Assembly: GCA_038823825.1 (NCBI GenBank)
Contig: JAWBCC010000001.1
Span: 300,001 to 332,000, forward strand
DNA length: 32,000 bases
DNA from: Candidatus Hadarchaeales archaeon
Lineage (GTDB): Archaea > Hadarchaeota > Hadarchaeia > Hadarchaeales > Hadarchaeaceae
Reading direction: 5' to 3'
Shown piece by piece: positions 8,394 through 15,530 of this stretch. Below the pieces are notes generated by a model. It was not told where the DNA came from and did no database searches. It saw only the letters and a program-made list of their open reading frames with translations. The stretch's first letter is position 1; the number at the start of each line of letters is the position of its first letter. The position numbers were made by a program, and so were the translations under genes.

Positions 8394-10083
8394 CTACCAC
8401 TCTAATTATGAAATTTTCCTCCTTAAATGACCAGCGGTAGCTTAGGCATGAGTGAATATAACCCAACAAGGTTTTCTGTAACAAGTTTTGATTTGGATAA
8501 TCAAAAATCTCCTCTACCCCGTCCCAGATTTTTATGACAACGCTCCACTGTCCCCACCAAATCACAACATCCAAGAATGGGAGATAAATCGGTGTTGCGG
8601 TTCGGTTGCCAATGACTCCAGATAAATCCTCACGAAAATACTCGACACTCTTTATTTTCAGATCGTGATAGACGGAAACAAACGGAGAACACTCCGATCT
8701 AGGTGGAAACGTCTTGTAAAGAGTTTCTCTGGACATCTCAGGAATATCCAATTGGGAAACGTGAAACTCAAATTCGGGCTCCGGTGAAGAGATTTTAGCA
8801 AGATCCGATAAAATTCCAGAAAGTAACTCCAAGACAGCCATGATGGAAGGCGGAGAGTTTTCATCGAAATAAATTTTAAAAATTCCTCGGATCTTCTCTC
8901 CAGCGATTTCGTGTTCGATGCGAATTTCTTTTGGTTTTACAGTTGAAAAGAGACTTCGAAGGATGTTTTCTGCTTCTTTAGTTTCACGCTGGTTTAACAT
9001 TCGTTGAGCGGTTTTTATTTCAGCGATTATTTTTGAAATTCCAATTTCCAGCTGTTCGGCTATTGATGGAGCATCGTTTTCTGGCCGCTTGCACATTCCT
9101 TGAATGATTCTGCTGCTTATCTTTCCAGGCTCTCTATGGCTTAAAACATTTTGCAGAAGTTTTATGGCATTCTCGAGATCTTTCTCTACAAGCTCCAGAA
9201 GGTTCAGCTCTCCATCGATCGTCTTTTCCACCTTCTGATGCGACGAATACAGAATCTCATAAATTTGCAGAAAAGCTGATTTTAACTCTCTTAAACTATT
9301 GATTTCGGAAGAGATAAGCTCTATTTTTTCGGTAAAAAAATCAAGTTCGGAAATATCTAGCCAATCGGCAGATCTAAATATCTCCTCTTCAGCTTTGCAC
9401 CATGCGTACCGGAAGAGCACCTCATCAGAACTTCGGTCCAAGTGTACGATTCCGTTTATCAACGCCTCGCTCCATGCTCTGAAATAAAGCATTTTTTCCA
9501 AAGTTTCAATGACTTTTGCTTGGTGTTCTCTGATAAAGTTGTCCATAAGATTCTCCAACAGGAAAAATCTCACTTTTATCGGAGTTTCAATTTTCCAGAT
9601 TTTTTTGCTGGCAATGATTGTGCCTTCTGGATTTTTTATCTCAACTAACAAACCAAGTGGAAAATATGCCCGCGCAATAATGAAATCTCCGGTACTTGAG
9701 AACCTCACAACTGGAGCAGAGATAAACAGGTTTATTTTCTCACCACTGTTTTGGAATGAGTCAATAACTGCTTGCAAATGTTGCGCGAAATATCCAGATG
9801 CGATAATCCCGGCTACTTCTTCAACGTTAGGATGGTATTGTTCAGCTCTTTGTGAAGCCTCGATCAAAGCTCGCTCAGCGGACCAGCGGAGTATATCCTT
9901 CATCGATGAGCAAAGAAAAGAAATTCTCCAGTCCAAATCATCGAATTCTTTTTGCATCATTGTTTGCATTTTTCTTTCATGATTTCTCCAGAGCAGATAT
10001 GCGGCAAGATTGGAGCTTAGAATCAAAAGAATTACACCAGTGGCAGTTAAGGGAAGAAACCCTCGAACGCTCACCTTTAGCAA
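8356..10083 (-). CDS. Large hypothetical protein with prepilin-like N-terminus (last gene of six-gene operon)
   Basis: 575 aa. The N-terminus MLKVSVRG/FLPLTATGVILLILSSNLAAYLL has a basic residue plus Gly followed by a hydrophobic helix. The rest is soluble, with a long helical, heptad-like middle (residues about 250-400) and an aromatic-rich C-terminal domain. It overlaps the upstream gene by 7 nt. No recognisable domain. Confidence 0.8.
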   Translation of the reverse strand: MLKVSVRGFLPLTATGVILLILSSNLAAYLLWRNHERKMQTMMQKEFDDLDWRISFLCSSMKDILRWSAERALIEASQRAEQYHPNVEEVAGIIASGYFAQHLQAVIDSFQNSGEKINLFISAPVVRFSSTGDFIIARAYFPLGLLVEIKNPEGTIIASKKIWKIETPIKVRFFLLENLMDNFIREHQAKVIETLEKMLYFRAWSEALINGIVHLDRSSDEVLFRYAWCKAEEEIFRSADWLDISELDFFTEKIELISSEINSLRELKSAFLQIYEILYSSHQKVEKTIDGELNLLELVEKDLENAIKLLQNVLSHREPGKISSRIIQGMCKRPENDAPSIAEQLEIGISKIIAEIKTAQRMLNQRETKEAENILRSLFSTVKPKEIRIEHEIAGEKIRGIFKIYFDENSPPSIMAVLELLSGILSDLAKISSPEPEFEFHVSQLDIPEMSRETLYKTFPPRSECSPFVSVYHDLKIKSVEYFREDLSGVIGNRTATPIYLPFLDVVIWWGQWSVVIKIWDGVEEIFDYPNQNLLQKTLLGYIHSCLSYRWSFKEENFIIRVVVISPEPFYFSEI

Positions 10084-10580
10084 ATTTTCACCTCAACCTT
10101 TAAGCTGATCTTTCCGTCCATGGGGCAAAAAAGTGTGGCAGATACAACAGTAGCAGGCCTGTCTATATTTTCTCCGGCATGAAGAGAAAAGCCAATTTCT
10201 GTGGATGTTATGTCCAAAGCAACGAGAAATCCTCGAGTATAGAGACTTGTGATTTTTCTGTCCAACGCCATTTGTAGGTTTTCTGCTAATTTTCTTCCTA
10301 TTTCCGGCTCATGGATATAAAGGAATGCGGATTCCGTAATGATTTCTGCCCAGCTTTTACCAGAGAGATTTTTACTATATCCTTCAATCTGATAGCCAAT
10401 CTCGTCTCCGGCCGTTGAAAAAAGTAAAGAATTGAGAATGCTATGCGCGAGATCATCTATATGTCTGTCCCTAGCGTCCATAGCGTTCGCAGAAATAAGC
10501 AATGTTATTCCCGTGGAGATGAGGACGTAGAAGACAAGTAGATCTATCAGAGTGGAGTTTCCTCTTACGCTCGTTATCAT
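10077..10580 (-). CDS. Hypothetical prepilin-like protein (gene 5 of operon)
   Basis: 167 aa from the internal ATG at 10580, which forms an ATGA overlap with the upstream stop. The N-terminus is MITSVRG/NSTLIDLLVFYVLISTGITLLISANAM. The longer 199-aa ORF-track version would overlap the upstream gene by about 100 nt. Confidence 0.7.
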   Translation of the reverse strand: MITSVRGNSTLIDLLVFYVLISTGITLLISANAMDARDRHIDDLAHSILNSLLFSTAGDEIGYQIEGYSKNLSGKSWAEIITESAFLYIHEPEIGRKLAENLQMALDRKITSLYTRGFLVALDITSTEIGFSLHAGENIDRPATVVSATLFCPMDGKISLKVEVKIC

Positions 10581-10960
10581 TTTCTCCACACATAGCAACT
10601 CAAGACGGAATCCTGCGGAAAATCCTGCTTTGGCCACGCACAAAATAGCACGATCTTTGAGTAATTTCTCGGACACCCTTCACCGAGAGAAAAAAGAATT
10701 TCGCCCCGCGAATCAACGATTTCCATTTTTATTTCCATTCCAGAATGTTCAAAAAACTCCTTCTGATTTTTCAACCACTCTATTGATTCTTCAGTACTAT
10801 ACATGCTTAGAGTAACAAAACCCCTGGATAAGTCCAACGCAACTTCTAATTCGCTCTTTCTTTCGGAAGCTTTCATAGCGTTCGAACAAACAAGCATGAA
10901 AATCGTAAAACCAGCCACGGCGAAACCGGCCGCAAGGAGATCAGTCGGAGTCGAAAGCAT
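10577..10960 (-). CDS. Hypothetical N-terminally anchored protein (gene 4 of operon), paralogue of gene 5
   Basis: 127 aa from the ATG at 10960. The N-terminus is MLSTPTDLLAAGFAVAGFTIFMLVCSNAM. It shares the DLL...SNAM/ANAM and C-terminal LFC motifs with the next gene. The 173-aa ORF-track version runs deep into the upstream gene. Confidence 0.65.
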   Translation of the reverse strand: MLSTPTDLLAAGFAVAGFTIFMLVCSNAMKASERKSELEVALDLSRGFVTLSMYSTEESIEWLKNQKEFFEHSGMEIKMEIVDSRGEILFSLGEGCPRNYSKIVLFCAWPKQDFPQDSVLSCYVWRK

Positions 10961-11375
10961 ACGCGGTCTCCAGCAAGATGCTATAATTTCTCTTTTCAAG
11001 AACAACAAAAGCAGGATTTTTTGCCACAATTTCAAAAAGTCCATTGTTAATGATGCATTGTATTTGAAGAAATCTCCTATATTCCGGATGCTCTGCATCC
11101 TCTACTACTAAGAGTTGTCCATAGGGAGAGCTCTCTCCATAGAACACAAAGGTGGCAGGTTGTCTGTCGAGGAATGATAGCCGAACCTTATAATCCCATG
11201 GCGAAACTGCTACTCTTTGCACGGTATTTGTTATCAATTCAGCGTTAAGCATCATCTGTTCGGATTTCGCTTTTTTGTCAATGCTCCCGATAAACAGAAT
11301 TGCTAAGCAAAACATCGCGGAAGAAAAAACTCCTAATGCAAGCTTGCTCGTAAAAAAGTCGACTAGTGTTTCCAT
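10941..11375 (-). CDS. Hypothetical N-terminally anchored protein (gene 3 of operon)
   Basis: 144 aa. The N-terminus METLVDFFTSKLALGVFSSAMFCLAILFIGS contains a hydrophobic helix, and the remainder looks beta-rich. It overlaps the upstream gene by 13 nt. Confidence 0.7.
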   Translation of the reverse strand: METLVDFFTSKLALGVFSSAMFCLAILFIGSIDKKAKSEQMMLNAELITNTVQRVAVSPWDYKVRLSFLDRQPATFVFYGESSPYGQLLVVEDAEHPEYRRFLQIQCIINNGLFEIVAKNPAFVVLEKRNYSILLETAYAFDSD

Positions 11376-11737
11376 TCTTTAACCTCCAGTCTTGAGTTAT
11401 CGTCTACAGACAAAAGATAGTCTCCGTATACGAGCGTGATACTGGAGGCGGTTACCGGCAACATGCTTGAGCGAACTATCTCTTCATCTAGCCAGGCCTC
11501 AATTAATCTGTCACGTAGAATGATTTTTCCGCTACTTCTTATTTGAACTACTCTTTCCCCTCCATTCGAGATTTCATGGATGGTTTCTCGGATTCTGTAA
11601 AAATCTTCAATCAATTTTTGTTTTTCCAGATTTCGCTGCAAGATTCTTAGTCCGGATATTCCGATTAACACAGTGCCACATGCAAGCACGACGGACAGAA
11701 GCAACACAACTGGCAAAGAAGAGAAACCCCTATTCAT
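11363..11737 (-). CDS. Hypothetical prepilin-like protein (gene 2 of operon)
   Basis: 124 aa from the ATG at 11737, which forms a TAATG overlap with the upstream stop. The N-terminus is MNRG/FSSLPVVLLLSVVLACGTVLIGISG. Confidence 0.7.
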   Translation of the reverse strand: MNRGFSSLPVVLLLSVVLACGTVLIGISGLRILQRNLEKQKLIEDFYRIRETIHEISNGGERVVQIRSSGKIILRDRLIEAWLDEEIVRSSMLPVTASSITLVYGDYLLSVDDNSRLEVKEWKH

Positions 11738-12114
11738 TATCTCACGGCGATCTGACCTTCCCAAGGTAGATAATTTGGTGCTGTGACTCTAACGGTGGCT
11801 ATAACCCCGCTTGGAACTATAAAACTAGCTGAATTTCCGCTTGGTGTTATCGCATCTCTCCCAGCTGGGTAACTGATCTCTATTGTTGGGCTGTTCAGAG
11901 GCACCCCGCTGGACGCATCGTATACTTCGACCAAAACCTTCTTTTTGCTAGAAGAATAGTCTTGTACTCTCAGGTTCACTCGCATGTCCGAGATAATGGA
12001 TCTTTGTGCAGTTCCGATAAATCGCGAAAGAACCCCTAGACAGAGCATGCCGACAACAAGTGCCATCACAAGTTTGATGGGAAGATCCATCATTTGACCA
12101 CGATTATTCATCAT
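11737..12114 (-). CDS. Hypothetical prepilin-like protein (gene 1 of operon)
   Basis: 125 aa. The N-terminus is MMNNRG/QMMDLPIKLVMALVVGMLCLGVL, followed by a beta-rich Ser/Val domain of about 90 aa. A TATA box lies about 27-30 nt upstream. Confidence 0.75.
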   Translation of the reverse strand: MMNNRGQMMDLPIKLVMALVVGMLCLGVLSRFIGTAQRSIISDMRVNLRVQDYSSSKKKVLVEVYDASSGVPLNSPTIEISYPAGRDAITPSGNSASFIVPSGVIATVRVTAPNYLPWEGQIAVR

Positions 12115-12137
12115 CGCCGATGCCTTGGGTGGAGGTG

Positions 12138-12148
12138 ATTTAAATATA
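12138..12148. promoter_or_regulatory. Shared palindromic TATA box (ATTTAAATATA) for divergent leaderless transcripts
   Basis: This is the only AT-rich element in the 56-nt spacer between the minus-strand ATG at 12114 and the plus-strand ATG at 12171. It is centred about 27-30 nt from both, and ATTTAAAT is its own reverse complement. Confidence 0.5.
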
Positions 12149-12170
12149 CGTTTACAGATGTGTGTTTTTG

Positions 12171-12734
12171 ATGGTCCGTCTCTTCATAGCGGTCAACTTG
12201 CCAGAAGATCTGCGCGAGAAGCTCGCTTCTATTCAGAAGGAGTTTCCAAAAGTCTCTCTGAAATTTGTTGAACCAGAGAATCTTCATCTAACGCTAAAAT
12301 TCTTAGGCGAAACCCCTACAGGAAAGATCGAAGACATAAAAAAAGCAATTTCTATCGCTGTTCAGCACAGTTATTCATTTGAACTGGAAGTCGCAGGTCT
12401 AGGCGCCTTCCCAGATTTGCGGAGGAGTAGAGTGATTTGGGCAGGAGTAAGAAAAGGAAACCAAGATGTCATCAATCTTCAACGGAGCATAGATAGGACA
12501 CTTGCTGAGCATGGTTTCCCGCTAGAGAAAGACTTTCATCCCCATGTAACTTTAGCTCGCGTAAAGTCAGCAGTAGATGCTCGTCAAATAGTTGAATTTA
12601 TACGCGAAGTCGGCTCTCGAGTGTTCGGTTCTTTCTGTGTGAAAGAAGTAGACCTCATGCAGAGTACGCTAACCCCTCGAGGACCCATCTATACGAAGAT
12701 TTTCTCGGCTCAACTTTTAGACCGAAAAGAATAA
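12171..12734 (+). CDS. thpR: RNA 2',3'-cyclic phosphodiesterase (2H phosphoesterase, ThpR/LigT)
   Basis: It has two HxTx motifs (HLTLKFLG and HVTLARV), begins MVRLFIAVNLP, and is about 187 aa. The ORF-track start at 12162 is GTG; the ATG at 12171 is preferred. Confidence 0.9.
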   Translation: MVRLFIAVNLPEDLREKLASIQKEFPKVSLKFVEPENLHLTLKFLGETPTGKIEDIKKAISIAVQHSYSFELEVAGLGAFPDLRRSRVIWAGVRKGNQDVINLQRSIDRTLAEHGFPLEKDFHPHVTLARVKSAVDARQIVEFIREVGSRVFGSFCVKEVDLMQSTLTPRGPIYTKIFSAQLLDRKE

Positions 12735-12756
12735 ACCCTCCAAGGCAGAGTAGGTA

Positions 12757-12825
12757 GTGCCCCGATGATGTTACGACATCGGCTGAGTGTCCGATGATTA
12801 GAATGACGGGCGAGCTGAGGGGCAC
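12757..12825 (+). ncRNA. C/D box sRNA (dual guide)
   Basis: The 69-nt element has a perfect 7-bp terminal stem, GTGCCCC (12757-12763) with GGGGCAC (12819-12825). Box positions:
- C box AUGAUGU, 12765-12771
- D' box CUGA, 12783-12786
- C' box AUGAUUA, 12794-12800
- D box CUGA, 12815-12818
The guide spacers are 11 and 14 nt, and there are 7 nt between D' and C'. An AAGAATAAA TATA-like element lies about 26 nt upstream. Confidence 0.8.
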
Positions 12826-12883
12826 CAATTGTTTGCGTAATCATTCCTAAAAAGGATGAGATTATCACTATTTTGTGAAGGAT

Positions 12884-13642
12884 ATGCTAGCAAAGCGCAT
12901 AATACCATGCTTAGATGTAAATAAAGGAAGGGTTGTCAAAGGCATTAAATTTCAAAATCTAAGAGAAGCTGGCGATCCTGCAGAGTTGGCAAAGTTTTAT
13001 GAAGAGCAAGGTGCAGACGAAATAGTTTTTCTAGATATAGGAGCCTCGCCAGAAGGAAGAGAAGCGATGTTCGATGTTGTAAGACGTACCGCAGAAACTT
13101 TGTTTGTTCCTTTAACAGTTGGTGGTGGGATGAGATCCATAAACGACATAGAGCGAATGCTGAAGAGCGGGGCCGATAAAGTAGCTATAAATACGGCCGC
13201 GGTCGAGAATCCCCAGCTCGTGAAGCTAGCATCAGAGAAATTCGGCAGCCAGTGTATTGTCATCGCGATTGATGCGAAGTCGGTGGGGAAGGATAAATGG
13301 GAGGTTTATACATACGGAGGAAGAAAGCCTACAGGTCTCGACGCGATTGAATGGGCAAGAAAGGTTGAAAAACTTGGAGCCGGAGAAATCCTCCTAACGA
13401 GTATGGATGCAGACGGCACTCAACAGGGATATGATATTCCCCTTACGAAAGCCGTGTGTGAAGCCGTGAATATTCCGGTTATTGCATCTGGTGGAGCTGG
13501 AACTCTCGAGCACATTTATGAAGTTTTTGTCAAGACTTCCGCGGATGCGGCTCTCGCAGCCAGCATTTTTCATTTTGGTAAGTATACAGTCGGAGATGTA
13601 AAACGCTATTTGATGGAAAGAGGAATACCAGTGAGGAGCTGA
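12884..13642 (+). CDS. hisF: Imidazole glycerol phosphate synthase, cyclase subunit
   Basis: Motifs [53 protein letters not shown] and ALAASIFHF match HisF. The ATG at 12884 is preferred over the GTG at 12875. Confidence 0.95.
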   Translation: MLAKRIIPCLDVNKGRVVKGIKFQNLREAGDPAELAKFYEEQGADEIVFLDIGASPEGREAMFDVVRRTAETLFVPLTVGGGMRSINDIERMLKSGADKVAINTAAVENPQLVKLASEKFGSQCIVIAIDAKSVGKDKWEVYTYGGRKPTGLDAIEWARKVEKLGAGEILLTSMDADGTQQGYDIPLTKAVCEAVNIPVIASGGAGTLEHIYEVFVKTSADAALAASIFHFGKYTVGDVKRYLMERGIPVRS

Positions 13643-13644
13643 AG

Positions 13645-14241
13645 ATGGTTAAAATTTCCATCGTCGATTATGGAGTGGGAAATCTGCACAGTATAAGAAA
13701 AGCTATTGAATTCTCGGGAGCAAAAGTTTTGGTCACAAAAGATCCAAAAATTTTGAGAGGCTGCGATGCAATAGTTTTGCCCGGGGTGGGGGCTTTTAGT
13801 GGGGCAATGAGCGAAATGCCAAAAGAAATCGTCATTGAAGAAGCGCTCTCGGGGAAGCCGATTTTCGGAATTTGTCTTGGAATGCAACTTCTCTTTGAGT
13901 ATAACGAAGAGGGAAATGGAAATGGTCTCTGTCTTGTGAAGGGGAGAGTTGTGAGATTACCCAATACGGTGAAGATACCACACATAGGATGGAACATAGT
14001 TGAGATAGTGAAAAATCATCCGATCGTCAAAGAAATTCCGGCACAAGTTTACATGTATTTTGTGCATTCTTATTATGTTCAAGCGAAGGACAAGGAGATC
14101 TCGCTCGCGAATAGCAAATATGGTGTGGAGTTTCCTTCCATAATCGCATCAGAAAACATTTTCGGCACTCAGTTCCATCCAGAGAAAAGCGGCGTGCATG
14201 GTCTCAAAATCATAAAGAATTTCGTAAGTCTTTTAAAGTGA
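13645..14241 (+). CDS. hisH: Imidazole glycerol phosphate synthase, glutamine amidotransferase subunit
   Basis: It shows the class I GATase triad context (GICLGMQ, FVHSYY, FGTQFHPEKS). The start is 2 nt after the hisF stop, with a GAGGAG SD. Confidence 0.93.
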   Translation: MVKISIVDYGVGNLHSIRKAIEFSGAKVLVTKDPKILRGCDAIVLPGVGAFSGAMSEMPKEIVIEEALSGKPIFGICLGMQLLFEYNEEGNGNGLCLVKGRVVRLPNTVKIPHIGWNIVEIVKNHPIVKEIPAQVYMYFVHSYYVQAKDKEISLANSKYGVEFPSIIASENIFGTQFHPEKSGVHGLKIIKNFVSLLK

Positions 14242-14272
14242 TTTGTAGACTTCTTTTGACGGAGGTGAAAAA

Positions 14273-14611
14273 GTGGAAGTAAAAGTTATTGGCCCCATTG
14301 CTTGGTACATTGGCTTACTAATAGCAATAGCTGCAGCTTTCATCGAACCAAGCGGAATTCTTTACCTAGCTCTGGCTATTATCGGTGTGGTCGTAGGTTT
14401 GCTCAACATAACAGCGAAGGAAACAACACCATTTTTGCTTGCTTCGACCGCTTTCATAGTCGCCGCATATACAATGCGTATGCTGGTCGGTGCACAGATT
14501 TCTCTCAGCGAAAATATCATCAGGCTGGCTACAAACTTAGTCGTTCTGATTGGGTCTGGGGCAATGTTAATTGCCCTTAAAGCGATTTACGACATGGCTA
14601 AGGGCGAGTAA
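14273..14611 (+). CDS. Hypothetical small integral membrane protein (about 4 TM)
   Basis: 112 aa and strongly hydrophobic. A GTG start is preceded by a GGAGGTGA SD 5 nt upstream. It lies immediately downstream of hisH. I recognise no family. Confidence 0.6.
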   Translation: MEVKVIGPIAWYIGLLIAIAAAFIEPSGILYLALAIIGVVVGLLNITAKETTPFLLASTAFIVAAYTMRMLVGAQISLSENIIRLATNLVVLIGSGAMLIALKAIYDMAKGE

Positions 14612-14612
14612 G

Positions 14613-14636
14613 TTTTTTGCTTTCCTTTATTTTTTT
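14613..14636 (+). terminator. Oligo-T archaeal terminator candidate
   Basis: A T6 run (14613-14618) and a T7 run (14630-14636) directly follow the stop at 14611. The same T/A-rich stretch probably doubles as the deoC TATA region, about 27 nt upstream of 14664. Confidence 0.4.
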
Positions 14637-14663
14637 ATTCTTTTAAGGACGAAATTATGACGT

Positions 14664-15530
14664 ATGAAAATATCGATGAGGATGATACCACGCATTGAAA
14701 AGAAAGCGAGCAGATTGCATCTCAAGTTGGAAGAACTAGCTGGAATGATCGATCACACACTCCTTCAGCCATATGAGGGAAGAAAAGCAATTGAGAGGCT
14801 TTGCGAGGAGGCTTCTAAATACCGGTTTAGGTGCGTATGCGTTCATCCTTACTGGCTTAAACTCTCTCGCGTAAAATTGGCCGGAACTGGTGTAGGCCTG
14901 GCAACTGTAGTCGGTTTCCCGCACGGTTTGGAGGGGGTAGAAGCCAAGGTGGAAGAAACGAGACTTGCGATCAAAGCCGGTGCCGATGAAATCGACATGG
15001 TGATGAACATCGCTGCCTTTCTAGATGGAATGTATACGGAAGTAGAACGAGAAATCGAAGGAGTCGTTAAAGCAGCCGACGGAAAAGTAGTCAAGGTAAT
15101 ACTTGAAGCAGGTTTTCTCACATACGAGCAAGTAATAAAAGCCTGCAAAATCGTGAAGAGTGCTGGCGCGGATTTCGTTAAGACATCAACTGGTTTCGGT
15201 CCGATGGGAGCAACTGTACTTCACGTTTTCCTTATGCGAAAAGCCGTAGGCAGAGATTTTGGAGTAAAGGCTTCTGGAGGCATAAGGAACTTCAGAGATG
15301 CTTTAAGAATGATTGCGGCGGGGGCGAATAGAATAGGCACGAGTGCAGGGGTGGCGATTATCGAGGGATACAAAAAGGAAAAGAACTTGGCCTGGATACC
15401 GGAAATTCCCTGCAATCTCTGTCCAAGTGGAAAGTTGGATCCAAAAATACCACCCACACTTTACCAGTATTATTCAGAAAAATGTATAGATTGTCCATTC
15501 AGGAAATATAGATTAAAATCCAAAGGTTAG
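14664..15530 (+). CDS. deoC: Deoxyribose-phosphate aldolase with C-terminal 4-Cys extension
   Basis: Motifs MIDHTLLQP, VCVHPYW, VVGFPHG, DEIDMVMNI, KVILE and the Schiff-base lysine context DFVKTSTGF, plus KASGGIR, match DeoC. The start could be M1, M5 or M7. The last 50 aa carry CNLC...CIDC. Confidence 0.88.
   Translation: MKISMRMIPRIEKKASRLHLKLEELAGMIDHTLLQPYEGRKAIERLCEEASKYRFRCVCVHPYWLKLSRVKLAGTGVGLATVVGFPHGLEGVEAKVEETRLAIKAGADEIDMVMNIAAFLDGMYTEVEREIEGVVKAADGKVVKVILEAGFLTYEQVIKACKIVKSAGADFVKTSTGFGPMGATVLHVFLMRKAVGRDFGVKASGGIRNFRDALRMIAAGANRIGTSAGVAIIEGYKKEKNLAWIPEIPCNLCPSGKLDPKIPPTLYQYYSEKCIDCPFRKYRLKSKG

Noticed and set aside
10581-11098. Long N-terminal extensions of the ORF-track versions of operon genes 4 and 5 (173 aa and 199 aa)
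   Set aside because: The extensions would overlap the upstream genes by about 100-160 nt and encode non-protein-like sequence. The internal ATGs at 10960 and 10580 give the same anchor-first architecture as the neighbours, and 10580 creates a canonical ATGA junction.
12131-12160. GGAGGTGA SD-like motif followed by an ATG at 12158
   Set aside because: The ATG lies 19 nt from the SD and opens only a 37-codon frame, out of frame with and inside thpR. The thpR ATG at 12171 gives the canonical 2H-phosphoesterase N-terminus.
12735-12874. The largest intergenic gap, considered as a possible tRNA, riboswitch or small ORF
   Set aside because: I found no cloverleaf-compatible stems or tRNA T-loop/D-loop motifs, and no ORF. 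The structured part is fully explained by the C/D box sRNA at 12757-12825. The remainder holds plausible promoter elements for the sRNA and hisF.
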